Virus record (IMG/VR): IMGVR_UViG_3300023117_000015
Source: an uncultured virus (IMG/VR IMGVR_UViG_3300023117_000015)
Lineage: Duplodnaviria; Heunggongvirae; Uroviricota; Caudoviricetes
Reading direction: 5' to 3' (one strand)
DNA length: 64,000 nt
Position numbers and translations under genes: made by a program. The notes beneath the pieces were generated by a model, which saw only the letters and a list, made by a program, of their open reading frames with translations, made no database searches and was not told where the DNA came from. Of this stretch, positions 31,001-40,877 are shown one piece after another (position 1 is the first letter of the stretch; every line of letters begins with the position of its first letter).

Positions 31001-32308
31001 GTCAATACCTAAATCCATATTTGCCCTAAGCGCGTCCAAAAGGTTTTGATGTGTTCTGCCAGGATAATATTTAGTTCCAGTTGTATCTAATCCTTGATCT
31101 GGATATGCAGTTAAATCTGTATTTGTGATTACATGTGCGTAACCTTCTTTTGTGACTGAATTAACCATTCCAGTGTAATCGGCAAAATTATTTCTTGCAT
31201 ATTCTTTGGCGTCAAGTTCAGTCGCAAATTCATATGATGCCATAGTTTTGACGCCACGATTGCCATTTTCATTAAAAAGATTTTTAACTTCTAATTGAAA
31301 CGGTTTTACAGTATAATTTCCAGATTCCTCAAAAGTTCTTCTTGCCAAAGTATCTTCTATTACAGAATATTCAGTAGAGTTTGTAAAACTTTTTAAAACC
31401 CCATTTTTCAATTCAATTAACAAAACAAAATTAGAAGTATCTTTTGAATCGATAGCTCTTTTTACCAAATTCAAACGCATACGATATCTATCTGCACCGG
31501 GCGCCTGAAAGTTTGTAGTACCTTGTGCATTATCAAGTAAAGAATTGTCCGTACTCGAAGTAATAATATCTTCGATAACTTCCAAACCTACTTTATATGT
31601 TGACAAATTAGTGTATTTATCAAGTGCAATTGTTTGTGCAGCAACTATAGTCATAAATCCTTGAACATAATATATACCATCTTCGATTAGTGCCAAACAA
31701 CCAAGACCAGTAGGTCTTTCTGAAAGTGGCCTTACTTGACATTCATAGGTACTCTTATTTGGTTCAATTACTGTTTTGATAACCTCACCAGGCAAAAATT
31801 TACTATTGGAACCAATCTCTAAATTAAATGCTGCGAGTGCTTCTGCTTGAGTTGTGTATGTGGTTCCGCCATCTGAAATTGCAGTAAAATTTGTTGATGA
31901 TACATCACTAACTCCAGATTGATATTTCAAATAAAGCGTATCAGGATCATCACTTGATGTGGTGCCTGTTTTACTTTCGGCATGAACAACTAATGCGCGA
32001 ATTCCTGTTGTTCCACCAACAACAGTTCTGCCCACAAAGTCCTGTGGGGTGTTGTAACTGTTTGCACTATTAAAATCTATTTTAATAAAATCTGCTGCCA
32101 AGTCCACTGATGGTGCGCCAGGGACAACCATCGCACCTTCCTTGAAAAAATGATTTGCCATTTTACTGACTTGATTCTGCAAAATGGTCTGTGTCTGAGT
32201 CAATTCTCTTGCTTGCACAGAATGTCCAGGCCTAAACAGAATTCTTAAATAACTTTTTTCTATATCGTAATCGTCATAATATGGAGTTATGTTGAAATTG
32301 GTTGCCAT
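25094..32308 (-). CDS. Giant baseplate-associated structural protein (VrlC/DUF4815-like)
   Basis: Starts NFNITPYYDDY..YLRILFRPGHSVQARELTQ.Q; contains APGADR, RYTMRDIGKLEKRI..LEYYTTLSLLE, GLDRFKNGFIV and DPIAQTF; ends VPKVTDLRIIAL. Confidence 0.85.
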   Translation of the reverse strand: MATNFNITPYYDDYDIEKSYLRILFRPGHSVQARELTQTQTILQNQVSKMANHFFKEGAMVVPGAPSVDLAADFIKIDFNSANSYNTPQDFVGRTVVGGTTGIRALVVHAESKTGTTSSDDPDTLYLKYQSGVSDVSSTNFTAISDGGTTYTTQAEALAAFNLEIGSNSKFLPGEVIKTVIEPNKSTYECQVRPLSERPTGLGCLALIEDGIYYVQGFMTIVAAQTIALDKYTNLSTYKVGLEVIEDIITSSTDNSLLDNAQGTTNFQAPGADRYRMRLNLVKRAIDSKDTSNFVLLIELKNGVLKSFTNSTEYSVIEDTLARRTFEESGNYTVKPFQLEVKNLFNENGNRGVKTMASYEFATELDAKEYARNNFADYTGMVNSVTKEGYAHVITNTDLTAYPDQGLDTTGTKYYPGRTHQNLLDALRANMDLGIDSGKAYVQGYRINTIGKTHINYKRALDEKQENNVRLPVNLGNYIYVSDLMSLPKINDRAILVNTTWYQGNTYYYNTTTNGFVTTSDTTSELWPDTNAITTANIHQIDVVGTAKIKSIEYYAGDFENDYEKSLFATSGTITSPGSLPQGTNLIYKVYLYDVEFRTPEYVDAYTGLKKDRYSWEDVRGIAGTEYISQSSGNTSNLKPNFTGSVLSQYKLYNASAVVSGIDKKIIKSKDRPPSSSLPASLGIVYHTSEDNNILVKTLGYGNTVGTNAGFNSILTSNERIAFEDEVRSELSLTAQIYSHQNVFETGGSNIVKTGSKFVSSLRNVDEQTGSITNDTTYTLLKEYTASVTNQAATIVTSNLNESFYPIWSDSNDGYQIYTKTSGGATPTYGEIIDNQPKLSDTEFAGNIEVSFNSAVGNREITIEQIPLGISQIVLLAPTVISVPQEKTKTLVLGQVDLPYSLLDSSSGADLTKPTNPETITPTIMETDDKFGAEGDAIGTLGNSFNGTFSDANSVSYSLDYLQLKNSDISKLHAIYDTCHPWNVVFQTDIFGTVKYISDMTKEDFEFAYKAWSYYEATGVTNPYNLDPALYPDAPFAKEYNIAIAAGTPIPNTPAQAHGYNFGNGISQPAKILDITDSYDFDNGQRPGVLKLGQARLKPRETICAGRPVVVYDYFSHSSGDYASVNSYGNVDYRSIPKFEGNFLTDVLDFRPAVTATTNPDKVFLKVGETANNVYFPINETTVITDYRQYLPRKDKVILTKNGQFEVIYGASSMSPQYPKDPSEGMVLFKLSNRPFTLSPKDIIIEKVENKRYTMRDIGKLEKRINTLEYYTTLSLLEKETKDLVILDENGLDRFKNGFIVEPFVGHGIGDVFDPNYSIAVDGKKRLMRPKGDERNVNMVLTDVVSNNYEMHNGQIYLPFAGQSVVAQNTVSSKYVNPNPFAEAMYKGNLILSPSSDDWREVDRRPDLEINRDNMFDNFEFLANEMGILGTHWNSWQTTNVGEEIVSRVENERDENWNTLTWEDSVTESFNILTDQERTGRRVDLNSSIVTDSFGDRMISTEIIPFMREKRIFFTGSGMKETTKLYATFDGIDVSEFCTPIDEVVVDSLGQTALEILGQGVTDSRPNGMLFDFINRQLGVARLVGLTSGAERIVYGVEYVSTNSLRFFTTRTDEPLEGIDFQGTDPNAGEPMQLTIRGGEGSVLQGDLSMPVGRFLSEFDSATLRTNSNGVIRGFFDLPSSDNIRFRVGEKEFRLSDQPTPNSTDVGTEASAMFAASGFIDTKQETFVNTRVPNFTNTALSDNRTLIENDTRRVITGNGTLPAPVQETDSGSDGRGSDGRGALAAAATFFFFFDPIAQTFELDSTEAAGGCYLSSIDLFFQRIPTKDLTPIRVELRNVVNGYPGQMIIGEAAVLEPAWGVEIDETTGEASYVGQKIFTSADGSVATNFKFPSPVYVEEGTQVCFVVITDSVDYRLHVSRLGEQALDGSGIISKQPNAGVMFKSSNNQAWNAEQNEDIKFTLYRQEFDNSRPSEVYFVNSPKDDNSKIVQKVKLGKRSIETTKDSTLVKIHCPNHGIVDEVNYTNNFYVGIDGLLSTTIYGGTTDTGATSGIRGGKINGFHKVVAFDVDSFTIDINNQKQSTIQDHTNNLTSTDPAVLATQFGGSTQTYSRAPSDFVKTLWPLPGSSETASSSGRFDAVVDPYRTDIDSAYVLVNYRYDIICPQLTTTTYPNTSIRYQMKTTSGGSLGQTIYTPGVKDLLYRDFEPNENTFFKTPRLVSNSINEDWFAGQSNNVDRKSLVYKITLNSDVSHLSPMLDLQRVSATLISNRINNPLVVSNTPEEDLETSAQGGAGLAKYITREIKLANPATSINMRVAVSKPVDTDIDFYYKIKTSEGDIYREMPYVEFTKPQGFSNPTPDGSFIDYEFDVQNLEEFVSLGVKIVLKSNNTAVVPKVTDLRIIALAK

Positions 32309-32344
32309 GTTATTTCTTCTCTTTTAATATTTTTTTTATTCAAA

Positions 32345-34018
32345 TTAGAATTCAAATACAACTTTAATATCTTCGATTTGATCTACTGCCCGTGTGATTG
32401 GATGTCTATTTTCTACATATAAAACTTTTCCAGAACCACCTACAATATTAAATTGAGTATCACCATCGTTATATTCACTATTGGCAGGACCTCTGTATGT
32501 AGTTTGGGATGCAAGTTTGTTTGTATAAACATCCACTGGATCAGCAATAATACTTACCTGTCTAAATGCGGAAGTAGAACCAGTTACAGGGAAAACTGAT
32601 TTTGTTACCGAATTTCTTGTGTCTGGTTCATCATATTCCAGTTTGACTGCGACCATTGCATAGTAACCATTCAATTCTTCTACTGGATTATGACCATGAC
32701 CAACTTCTGGTGAAATTTGTGGTTCAACTTTCGCAGAAGATACACTAGTTGGGTCGACTGTACCACGAACTTCGGCAGTAGCGTATGTATATCCACTACC
32801 AATATTAGTAATAATAATTTCAGAAACTTGATCTCCGGTCAAATGTGCATAAGCAGAAAATCCTGTTCCATCGCCGGTTGTAAGAACGACATTTGGCGCT
32901 ATACTTACTACGCCAGTGCCATCGCCCTCTCCAGCTGCAAAGGCACTTTCGATAGTTACGGTAGCTGTGTTTGTGTTTGAATCAAAAGACCAACCTGTAA
33001 TTTTTCTTTGATTTGCAGTAGCAGCACCATCTTTCAGATAAACTAATGCATAATCTGTGTAATCACTAGCTGCAGCTGCGATATTTGCACCACCAGTTAT
33101 TCCCAATGATATTGTAGTTGTGCCTTCGCCTGGAGTAGTAGAAGATTCTACAATCATTGCATTGTAACCACTACCACCGGCATGGCCGCTATTATCGTTG
33201 TCGTCGACAATATCAATCCACTCAATTGCGCCTGGAGATGCAGCTGCGTTTTGTTGGACTTGCCACTGTACATAGTCGGCAGAAGAAGTATCGGATGGAA
33301 TTGAAGTGATATATTTTACTGGAAAATAATCTTTCGTTAGAAATTTTAATGCTTGATCTAATTTAATTGAATACATATATTTCCAAACATATCCATCGGT
33401 TGTGTGAATTAATGCGTTGCTTGTGCCTGTAGGTTTGACCGTAGATGCAGTTGGTTGCACACCTTGTGACGAATTAAGATATCTTTTGTTATTAATAACT
33501 TTATAGACATTATACTGATTGTTTGCTTCCGTCAAAACATATGAATTTGGTATCACTTCTTCACTACTTTTATAATTATACATTGTATATTGTGTATTAG
33601 TAGTCCAATTGATTCTTGGAACTGCTAGGGTAATTGTGTCAGCATTAACTTTTTTCACAGCTGTAAGTGCGTTCTTTGCGGAATTTCTTCCAGAGATAGA
33701 ATCTTCTGGAGTTGGCGGCAAATTATCATCCTCCCAAGATGTGTGTTTACCAATTCCCAAGAACAAATTATTAAAAATAGATTTGTTGTAAAATGCCCAG
33801 TTAACACCACCATCACTGACAACACCAGTTACGTGAGTTGGTGCATTTGGTCCTGCTGTACCATCCGATACTGCAACATATAAATTTGATGCATTAAGAA
33901 CTACTTGTCCTTCAGTATATGCTTCTCCAGTTGACCATAATGCAGTTTGTTCATTTACGGCCTCAATAAACTGTTGAGCATTAAAAATTCTAAGTTTATT
34001 GGTAATTATTGCTGACAT
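32345..34018 (-). CDS. gp8: Baseplate wedge subunit gp8
   Basis: MSAIITNKLRIFNA, PRINWT, YNVYKVINN, DGYVWKYMY, G.VLYVENR.PITRA.DQIEDIK.VFEF. Confidence 0.9.
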   Translation of the reverse strand: MSAIITNKLRIFNAQQFIEAVNEQTALWSTGEAYTEGQVVLNASNLYVAVSDGTAGPNAPTHVTGVVSDGGVNWAFYNKSIFNNLFLGIGKHTSWEDDNLPPTPEDSISGRNSAKNALTAVKKVNADTITLAVPRINWTTNTQYTMYNYKSSEEVIPNSYVLTEANNQYNVYKVINNKRYLNSSQGVQPTASTVKPTGTSNALIHTTDGYVWKYMYSIKLDQALKFLTKDYFPVKYITSIPSDTSSADYVQWQVQQNAAASPGAIEWIDIVDDNDNSGHAGGSGYNAMIVESSTTPGEGTTTISLGITGGANIAAAASDYTDYALVYLKDGAATANQRKITGWSFDSNTNTATVTIESAFAAGEGDGTGVVSIAPNVVLTTGDGTGFSAYAHLTGDQVSEIIITNIGSGYTYATAEVRGTVDPTSVSSAKVEPQISPEVGHGHNPVEELNGYYAMVAVKLEYDEPDTRNSVTKSVFPVTGSTSAFRQVSIIADPVDVYTNKLASQTTYRGPANSEYNDGDTQFNIVGGSGKVLYVENRHPITRAVDQIEDIKVVFEF

Positions 34019-34058
34019 GACGTTACCCTTTGTCGGTTGTGTATTAATTTGTTTCTTT

Positions 34059-34066
34059 TATTTATA
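34059..34066 (-). promoter_or_regulatory. T4-type late promoter TATAAATA
   Basis: Exact motif upstream of gp8. Confidence 0.8.
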
Positions 34067-34080
34067 ATATTTTTTATCGC

Positions 34081-37000
34081 CTAAATTTGTTCAAGAGAAT
34101 TTAACTCATTCCAAGTAGTAGGAGCACTGGAATATGCCGTTGTAATAGATTCGTGAGCTATGTTGGTTTTAATGTTTGATTTATTTTCAATATTTTCGAT
34201 TGTTTCTAAATACAACTCATTATCGATGCTCTGTGGAGTTTGATTGAATTTCATTCTCTCCACAGAATTATAATTCATACCACTATTTAATCTATTGTTA
34301 GGGTCTTTTGGTGTAGTTACTCGCATAATTTTTGGATAAACATTAATCTCAGAATCTAAGTTTATATTTTGACCACGATCGTATGAATCTACAATCTGGC
34401 CCCAAATCATTTCATAGAATTCGTGCGACTCTAGACTTGAATATGGATTTCTAGATGTTACATAACCATATTCTTCTTCACCATTTGGATTTTGTTGAAC
34501 TCTCACAATACCAGCAAGAGTTTTCTTTTGTGGGTGTAATTCTGCCTCATCTTCACTACTAAATCTATATCTGACTAATTTTTCGAAAGGAATTTCTCTG
34601 TCAAATCTGAATTTAATTCTATCCAAACTTCTATACTGATTACTCAATGATGGAACTTCTTCACCAATAGAATCTATCATAATTACGAATTTTTCATCTC
34701 TTGGATCCGCACCATCTCTAATCGCACCAACCCAATATCTATTGACTCTTTCAACATTTCCCCTAAAAACCTTGTCCCATCTAAATTCGACTTTATCGCC
34801 AGGGGTCGCACTCAGAGAACATACACCAAAACTTGTTAAATGTGTAACTTCAAATTCTACATATAAATCATTTTCGTAATGTGTGGTGTCAATCACTTTG
34901 AATTTTGCAAATGGTCTAGTTGTTTCATCTGTAATATCTATATCATAAATTGTGAAGTTTCTCTGTACAGTATTTTCTGTATAAAATTTAGTCAAGTCAA
35001 GTCCATTTTCATCTCTTACATTTACAAGGACATATTTTATTTCACTCCAATTTGATGCTGTTGGAATTGGATCTCTATTAACATCTAAAAGTTTATATCT
35101 ACCATCTCCAGTATCAACTGTTTGTCCCACAGGCGTGTCGTCACCTACACCAGACATTGGGCCCCCTGTTTGATAATTATCGTATACAAAGGTATATCCA
35201 TGAGAAAGAAGATCATTAACATTAATAGGCGTCGAGTCTGAGCCTGTCCATCTACCCAAACCATCCATGTTTTTAACACTAACGTCTGCATTTTTTACAA
35301 TTTCAAACAAAAACTGCAAATACAGACTTTGTAGCTTTTTAGGTTCGGGGTTTGATATAAGATTCACCTCACCAAACATCATTAACCCTGATGGGTGCAA
35401 CAATTTCTTTACGATATAACGCCACTGATCGATATTTCTGGAAGTTCTCAATACATAAGAATAATCCTGCCACAAGTAACCATCTTGAATTCTGTTTTCG
35501 TCAGACAAAAATCCTTTGTCGTTAAAAAAGAATCCATCTCTTTTTAGCAAAGGTCCCAAAATTGGAGTAATTTGCGCGTTACCGTCGCCCAAGGTTGATA
35601 AATCTATAGTGGGCGCAACGGTATATCCAACCCCAAAACCATCAGAAGCAGAATCTGGAGAATTTGTAATTTTAATTTCTGATATAGAACCAATATTACT
35701 ACCTTTGGGTTGAAGTATTGCGTTCGTTCCAATAGAATTGTATCCAGATGTAGAATTTGATATCGATGCAAATGGAAATTTTTCATAACCATCACCACCA
35801 CTATAGACATCAATCTTTACTATTGGCCCATGTGGATGATTGATAAAATCCATTTTTACAGTCCAATTATCAGGTACAATAAATGGTTCGGCTGCCAATC
35901 CATACTGCGCGATCTGACTTGAAATTGTTGATGCAAAACTACTGTTGTCTGTCCAATTGTTTACATCAGGTTCTGATGTTAACTTAAATATTACTAATCT
36001 GTCATTAACTACGTCAAAATAATACTGAGCTGGCCGATTAGTTTCTTTTGTAATATGATATGCACTATAAAAGTTTTGAATTGGATCTAATTCCCAAGAT
36101 TTAATATATGTAGTACCAGAAGAAGTATATTCTGTATATCTTTCATCAGAAGTTACTCTAAAAGAACTATAATGGCCTAAATTATAATCGTAATAAGAAC
36201 CAGACGGACTTAAAGAACTACCAAGGGTAACTAGATAAGAGTCGAGAGATTCAAACATTGCAGTATATGCATCTTCGCCATTCAATCCATTAAACAAAAT
36301 ATTTGACCAAGTGGATGCATCTTGACTATGACATGCGTATCCCCATTGTGATGAACCACTAAACAAACTGGCCCAAGAATAACCATCATCAACCAATTCC
36401 GAAAGACTGAATGTAAATTCAGTATTTACATCTATGTTACTATTATCAGTTTCTACTGAAGTTGTAAATTGAGAAACCGAGGTAGTAAATGTGTCTCCAT
36501 TTCTTATTGCTCTTAGTCTACTATAAAGTCCTGCCCAACCTCCAGACTGCGCGGGCGCAAGAGAATTACCATTAAACACCACCACTTGATCCGCCTGCAA
36601 ATAGTTATAGACAACTTGATATCCCCCCGTATTCAACATACCACCTTGAGCTCTTAGTAGAGATAATGTATGTTCTTTACCATCATCATCAATTACAAAC
36701 GCAATAACTAAACCAATAGTATCATCGTCCGTAGAGGTTGAAGAAATTGTAGCAGAAAAATCGTATTCAGAAAACTTTTCAGATTCTAATGAATAAAAAC
36801 CAACATATGTGCTTGTGTTTGCTGTACAAACAATTGTATCATTAGCGGAATTATAAACAAAAGCCGTTGTTTCGCCCGCATTTGCTGGATAAGTTCCACT
36901 AGAATTGTGCGAAAATCTATTCCATGTATTAAAAACGGTTTGTCTGGTTGGTGCAGATTGGATAAACCCACCAGCAAGAATTTTTCTTTCACCGTTTATA

Positions 37001-38988
37001 TGCAATTTTATTTCTGTTTCGCTTACATATAATGAAATATGATTCCACTGTCCCTCCCAATCAACTGGCACCGGAGCCGTGTATTCTGTGCCAGAAATCT
37101 CTACAATAAGATTTCCTGTTTTTGCTGTGCCGGAACCTTCTTCAATAATTCTAATACTATTAGCATTAAATGCAACATCGTTAAGTGCAAAAAGAGTTCC
37201 ACCAGTATCTGTGCCGTTGATATCATCTGGATAAATCCAAAAATCTACACTAAAACTATCTAAAGAATCTTTCAAATGGTCTTTATACAAATCTGATAAA
37301 AGAATATATCCATTTTCTCCTTTTGCAGATTTAGAACCCCACTTTGGTCCACCAGCCGGATTAATTAAATTTACGCCGTATCTGAAGCTTTCTTGTTCAA
37401 ATTTCGAATCCACAAACCCACTACCATTTTCATGTACATTTTCAAAATCTAAAAATATTAAAACGTCATCCCATTTGTGATCTGTGTTAGAAATCGTGAC
37501 TTTTCTATCCCTAGAATACGAATCTGAATAATCAATACTAGGATAATCAGACAAACTATAATAAAAAGATGGATTGTCTTCGTCTTGAACCCAAGAAACA
37601 GTTTCTGTTGTAAATTCATTTGGTTCAACAGCACTTATGTAGGCAGATGCGGCAGAACCAGAGCCATATGAACCTATAGAAACCTGTTCTCCTGTGATAT
37701 AGTTACTACCACCAGAAATAATTTCAACAGCTTCGACTGGTCCTTTTGATGTGTTAGATATTTTCGCAGATAATCCAACTCCATCGCCGGGGTCTGAAAT
37801 ATATTGATTTAAATAGAAATTGTTTGGATAATTTGAACCACCATTATCAATATCAAAACCAACAATACAATCATACAAAGTTTCTGTAATTGTTACACCA
37901 TTACTCATGAGTATTTCTATTTCTTCTCTTGATGTAAAAGTGCCAAAAACGTGAGTAACAAAATATTCCCTAACTGGCGAATCTGAAATACTAAATTCCA
38001 AAAATCTTTCAACTGTTGCACTTGCACCACTAGTCTTTCCCACAATTCTAACTGGATTACTAACAGTTTTGTTACTAGGTATAGTACGAACACTTCTCTC
38101 TTCGACCCAAGTATTGTCGCTTGGTTTCATAATATTGTCTTTTGGATAATAAAATTCTACATCTTCGTTGAATAAAGATCTAAACAAAAATTGATACGAA
38201 CTTTCAGAACCTTTTGATTGATAAAATTCTTTCATCAATTTTAAAAAAAGCTTTTTGTTTGAGTATTTTGTTTTTTTATATTTTTTGTTTATAAATTCTT
38301 GAGTGACACCAGATTTCTTGCGAAGATGATAGGCAATTTTGATAATTGTTTGTTCGGGCAATGGTTTTAAGGTGCCTGGGTCAACATCGGGACTGGGGTC
38401 TACAAATTTTATTTCTTTATTGCTATCATCTAATACATAATCTGTACCTTCAGTCAATAAAGTGTAATCGGTCGGAAAGGTATATTCATCAAGCAAATCT
38501 GCTAATCCAGAAGTGCCGGATTGTGAACTGGCATCGACACTATAAACTTTTATTTCAACCGCACTCGTATCAAAATCTCGAATTTCGTAATATACGGGAC
38601 TATAATATGACAATGGAAAGACCGAATTTACACCACCAGACAAATAATTATCATACTCTATATACTCTAACTTAGAATCCGAATCCCCAGAAAAATTCAA
38701 GGCCGCTCGTAAATCAGTCGTTAGTTCTTCCCTATCTTTGATTCGAGAAAACTGTGGAAAATCCTTTGCAAGAACATTCTGATATTCATCAACAAAAATA
38801 TCTAAAGTTTCATCCAAATCACTAAAATTTTCTATTTGATTTCCAATTGCGGCAGGATTTCTGTCACTTTCTAACCATTTATAGTAAAGTTCGATAAAAT
38901 GAACAAATTGTTGATAATCTTCGTCCGATTTCAAATAAAACGGAAGTTGATCGACAACACTAGCTGATATTTTTTTGTGTTCTCTCAT
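34081..38988 (-). CDS. gp7: Baseplate wedge initiator gp7-like protein with lectin-type insertions
   Basis: FYQSKGSESSYQFLFRSLF, RIQDGYLWQDYSYVL, KKLLHPSGLMMFG; located between gp6 and gp8. Confidence 0.8.
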   Translation of the reverse strand: MREHKKISASVVDQLPFYLKSDEDYQQFVHFIELYYKWLESDRNPAAIGNQIENFSDLDETLDIFVDEYQNVLAKDFPQFSRIKDREELTTDLRAALNFSGDSDSKLEYIEYDNYLSGGVNSVFPLSYYSPVYYEIRDFDTSAVEIKVYSVDASSQSGTSGLADLLDEYTFPTDYTLLTEGTDYVLDDSNKEIKFVDPSPDVDPGTLKPLPEQTIIKIAYHLRKKSGVTQEFINKKYKKTKYSNKKLFLKLMKEFYQSKGSESSYQFLFRSLFNEDVEFYYPKDNIMKPSDNTWVEERSVRTIPSNKTVSNPVRIVGKTSGASATVERFLEFSISDSPVREYFVTHVFGTFTSREEIEILMSNGVTITETLYDCIVGFDIDNGGSNYPNNFYLNQYISDPGDGVGLSAKISNTSKGPVEAVEIISGGSNYITGEQVSIGSYGSGSAASAYISAVEPNEFTTETVSWVQDEDNPSFYYSLSDYPSIDYSDSYSRDRKVTISNTDHKWDDVLIFLDFENVHENGSGFVDSKFEQESFRYGVNLINPAGGPKWGSKSAKGENGYILLSDLYKDHLKDSLDSFSVDFWIYPDDINGTDTGGTLFALNDVAFNANSIRIIEEGSGTAKTGNLIVEISGTEYTAPVPVDWEGQWNHISLYVSETEIKLHINGERKILAGGFIQSAPTRQTVFNTWNRFSHNSSGTYPANAGETTAFVYNSANDTIVCTANTSTYVGFYSLESEKFSEYDFSATISSTSTDDDTIGLVIAFVIDDDGKEHTLSLLRAQGGMLNTGGYQVVYNYLQADQVVVFNGNSLAPAQSGGWAGLYSRLRAIRNGDTFTTSVSQFTTSVETDNSNIDVNTEFTFSLSELVDDGYSWASLFSGSSQWGYACHSQDASTWSNILFNGLNGEDAYTAMFESLDSYLVTLGSSLSPSGSYYDYNLGHYSSFRVTSDERYTEYTSSGTTYIKSWELDPIQNFYSAYHITKETNRPAQYYFDVVNDRLVIFKLTSEPDVNNWTDNSSFASTISSQIAQYGLAAEPFIVPDNWTVKMDFINHPHGPIVKIDVYSGGDGYEKFPFASISNSTSGYNSIGTNAILQPKGSNIGSISEIKITNSPDSASDGFGVGYTVAPTIDLSTLGDGNAQITPILGPLLKRDGFFFNDKGFLSDENRIQDGYLWQDYSYVLRTSRNIDQWRYIVKKLLHPSGLMMFGEVNLISNPEPKKLQSLYLQFLFEIVKNADVSVKNMDGLGRWTGSDSTPINVNDLLSHGYTFVYDNYQTGGPMSGVGDDTPVGQTVDTGDGRYKLLDVNRDPIPTASNWSEIKYVLVNVRDENGLDLTKFYTENTVQRNFTIYDIDITDETTRPFAKFKVIDTTHYENDLYVEFEVTHLTSFGVCSLSATPGDKVEFRWDKVFRGNVERVNRYWVGAIRDGADPRDEKFVIMIDSIGEEVPSLSNQYRSLDRIKFRFDREIPFEKLVRYRFSSEDEAELHPQKKTLAGIVRVQQNPNGEEEYGYVTSRNPYSSLESHEFYEMIWGQIVDSYDRGQNINLDSEINVYPKIMRVTTPKDPNNRLNSGMNYNSVERMKFNQTPQSIDNELYLETIENIENKSNIKTNIAHESITTAYSSAPTTWNELNSLEQI

Positions 38989-38996
38989 GACGAGTC

Positions 38997-40877
38997 CTAA
39001 TTATTTCTTATGGTTTTTACATTTTGAGTTGTAATATCATAATTATTATTATAATCATCTGTATCTTCTTCAACCGTCACTGTCACATCTTCTTTTAAAA
39101 TTACAAGGACTTGATTTCTTCTTGGAAATACATCAAGTCCGGCCGGTACGCATTCGAGTCTAAAAACTTCCAATGAACCCTCGACGGCCTCAATATTTAC
39201 CGGATCAATATTTATTGTGCCAGTTTCGTAATTTACACTACCAGTAATTTTAGTTGAATATATTTTTTTATCATTCACATCAAAGGTGTAAAATTTTAAT
39301 TTTCCATCATAATTTGAAGTTTCTTCTACATAGTAAATTCTAGTATCTCCTACAACTCTAACACCAACAGATTTTATACTACCTTTTTTAATTTTATTGT
39401 TGAAATTAAAAACATAAAATGCAGATGTATTAAACAAAACTGTCTGTTCATTTATAAGTCCAACGTAAGTTTCATTATTCGTGATCGATTGATCCAGAGT
39501 ATCTATCCAATTTACAAAATTAGAGTATCTAAAATAATCATTGAAATCGTCTAGATATTTTTTACTGAAAGAAACAATACCATTAGAAACAATATTTTTA
39601 ATATCCGATTGACTGAGAGATGTAGTTTCATTATCATACTGAACTGTAGTATTAATTTTCAACTTTGTATATTCTGCATCAACTATTTGTGGTTCGATTG
39701 AGAGAACAGAATAATCTTTTCTAAGTTTTTTTCTAATTTCTTCTTTTGTATACTCAGAAAGAAAAAATCCAGTATCTGGACGAATTGAAATATACACTCT
39801 ACCATAAGTGGGTGGAATATTATCTTCTCCACCCCATATGTTTAATGATTGAGTTGAAGGATAAATTTGTGGGATAATAGTTTTATAGTCATTAACAGTG
39901 ACGGCTCTACCTTGTCCGCCAAAAGTTTTTGGTGCGTGAAATTTTATAGATTCAATATCCTCTTCGTCGGCACCACCAGCACTTCTACTAACAACTTCGA
40001 TACTATCAAGTATTTCATAATTACTAATTTTGCCCTTTGCATCAATTTTTACTATTTCATTGCCAGCAGATCCGGAAGTTGTTAAATAATTTATTTCTAT
40101 CATTTGTCCAGACTCTATTTGAGCCCCTAAGACACCATCCCCAAAATAAATTTCATAATTACCACCTCTACCTTCTTGAAGGAAAAACGCCTTCTCAAGT
40201 TCAGATAATTTCATATTATCATTAGATCTTTTAAACTCTTGTTTTTCTGGAAAATCTGGATTATCGTATACAAAAACTGTAATTGTACTAGTATCTACAT
40301 CACTATTTGTCAATAAATACCTTTGATTTGGATCATTTGTATTTACAATATAATTTTCCGTTACATATGTACCTTGAATTAAAACAACATCTTTAACCGA
40401 AAAAACATTTGTAAAAGTGCCATCAGATCTTGCCAAAGATGAAACTTTCGGCACTATTACATTGTTTTTTGGTCTGAATTTATAAGATATTCCATCTTTT
40501 GTTGCAGTAAATTCGAAATCTTTATTTAACATGAAAGTTTCATATACATTACTAGAAGATTTTGGTACTGTACCTTGAAATTCTAAATTTACAACCATCT
40601 CTGCGGCCTTTTTTGACCTTGGGGTATAATTTAGCATTTTTGCTTTAGATACAACATTATCTCTAATTCTAGCGGTATCCAAAAACATTTCGTTAGAAAT
40701 GGCATTCATATAATATGAATTAATATGAGTGTTAGTTGCAAGAATATCGATAAGAGTATTCAAACCAGACGCTTGAAAATCGTAATCTTTGAATTCTTTT
40801 TTGGAACTCATATAATTTATAATACTAGTTTTTATTTCTTCAAAGTCTAATTCTGTAATTTCTATTGTCTTTGCCAT
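38997..40877 (-). CDS. gp6: Baseplate wedge subunit gp6
   Basis: ELDFEEIK..F.DYDF..SGL..LIDILA.NT, NEMFLDTA..R..VVS.AK.LNY.PRS, YEIYFGDG, Q.RAVT..DY, WGGEDN.PP.YG. Confidence 0.95.
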   Translation of the reverse strand: MAKTIEITELDFEEIKTSIINYMSSKKEFKDYDFQASGLNTLIDILATNTHINSYYMNAISNEMFLDTARIRDNVVSKAKMLNYTPRSKKAAEMVVNLEFQGTVPKSSSNVYETFMLNKDFEFTATKDGISYKFRPKNNVIVPKVSSLARSDGTFTNVFSVKDVVLIQGTYVTENYIVNTNDPNQRYLLTNSDVDTSTITVFVYDNPDFPEKQEFKRSNDNMKLSELEKAFFLQEGRGGNYEIYFGDGVLGAQIESGQMIEINYLTTSGSAGNEIVKIDAKGKISNYEILDSIEVVSRSAGGADEEDIESIKFHAPKTFGGQGRAVTVNDYKTIIPQIYPSTQSLNIWGGEDNIPPTYGRVYISIRPDTGFFLSEYTKEEIRKKLRKDYSVLSIEPQIVDAEYTKLKINTTVQYDNETTSLSQSDIKNIVSNGIVSFSKKYLDDFNDYFRYSNFVNWIDTLDQSITNNETYVGLINEQTVLFNTSAFYVFNFNNKIKKGSIKSVGVRVVGDTRIYYVEETSNYDGKLKFYTFDVNDKKIYSTKITGSVNYETGTINIDPVNIEAVEGSLEVFRLECVPAGLDVFPRRNQVLVILKEDVTVTVEEDTDDYNNNYDITTQNVKTIRNN

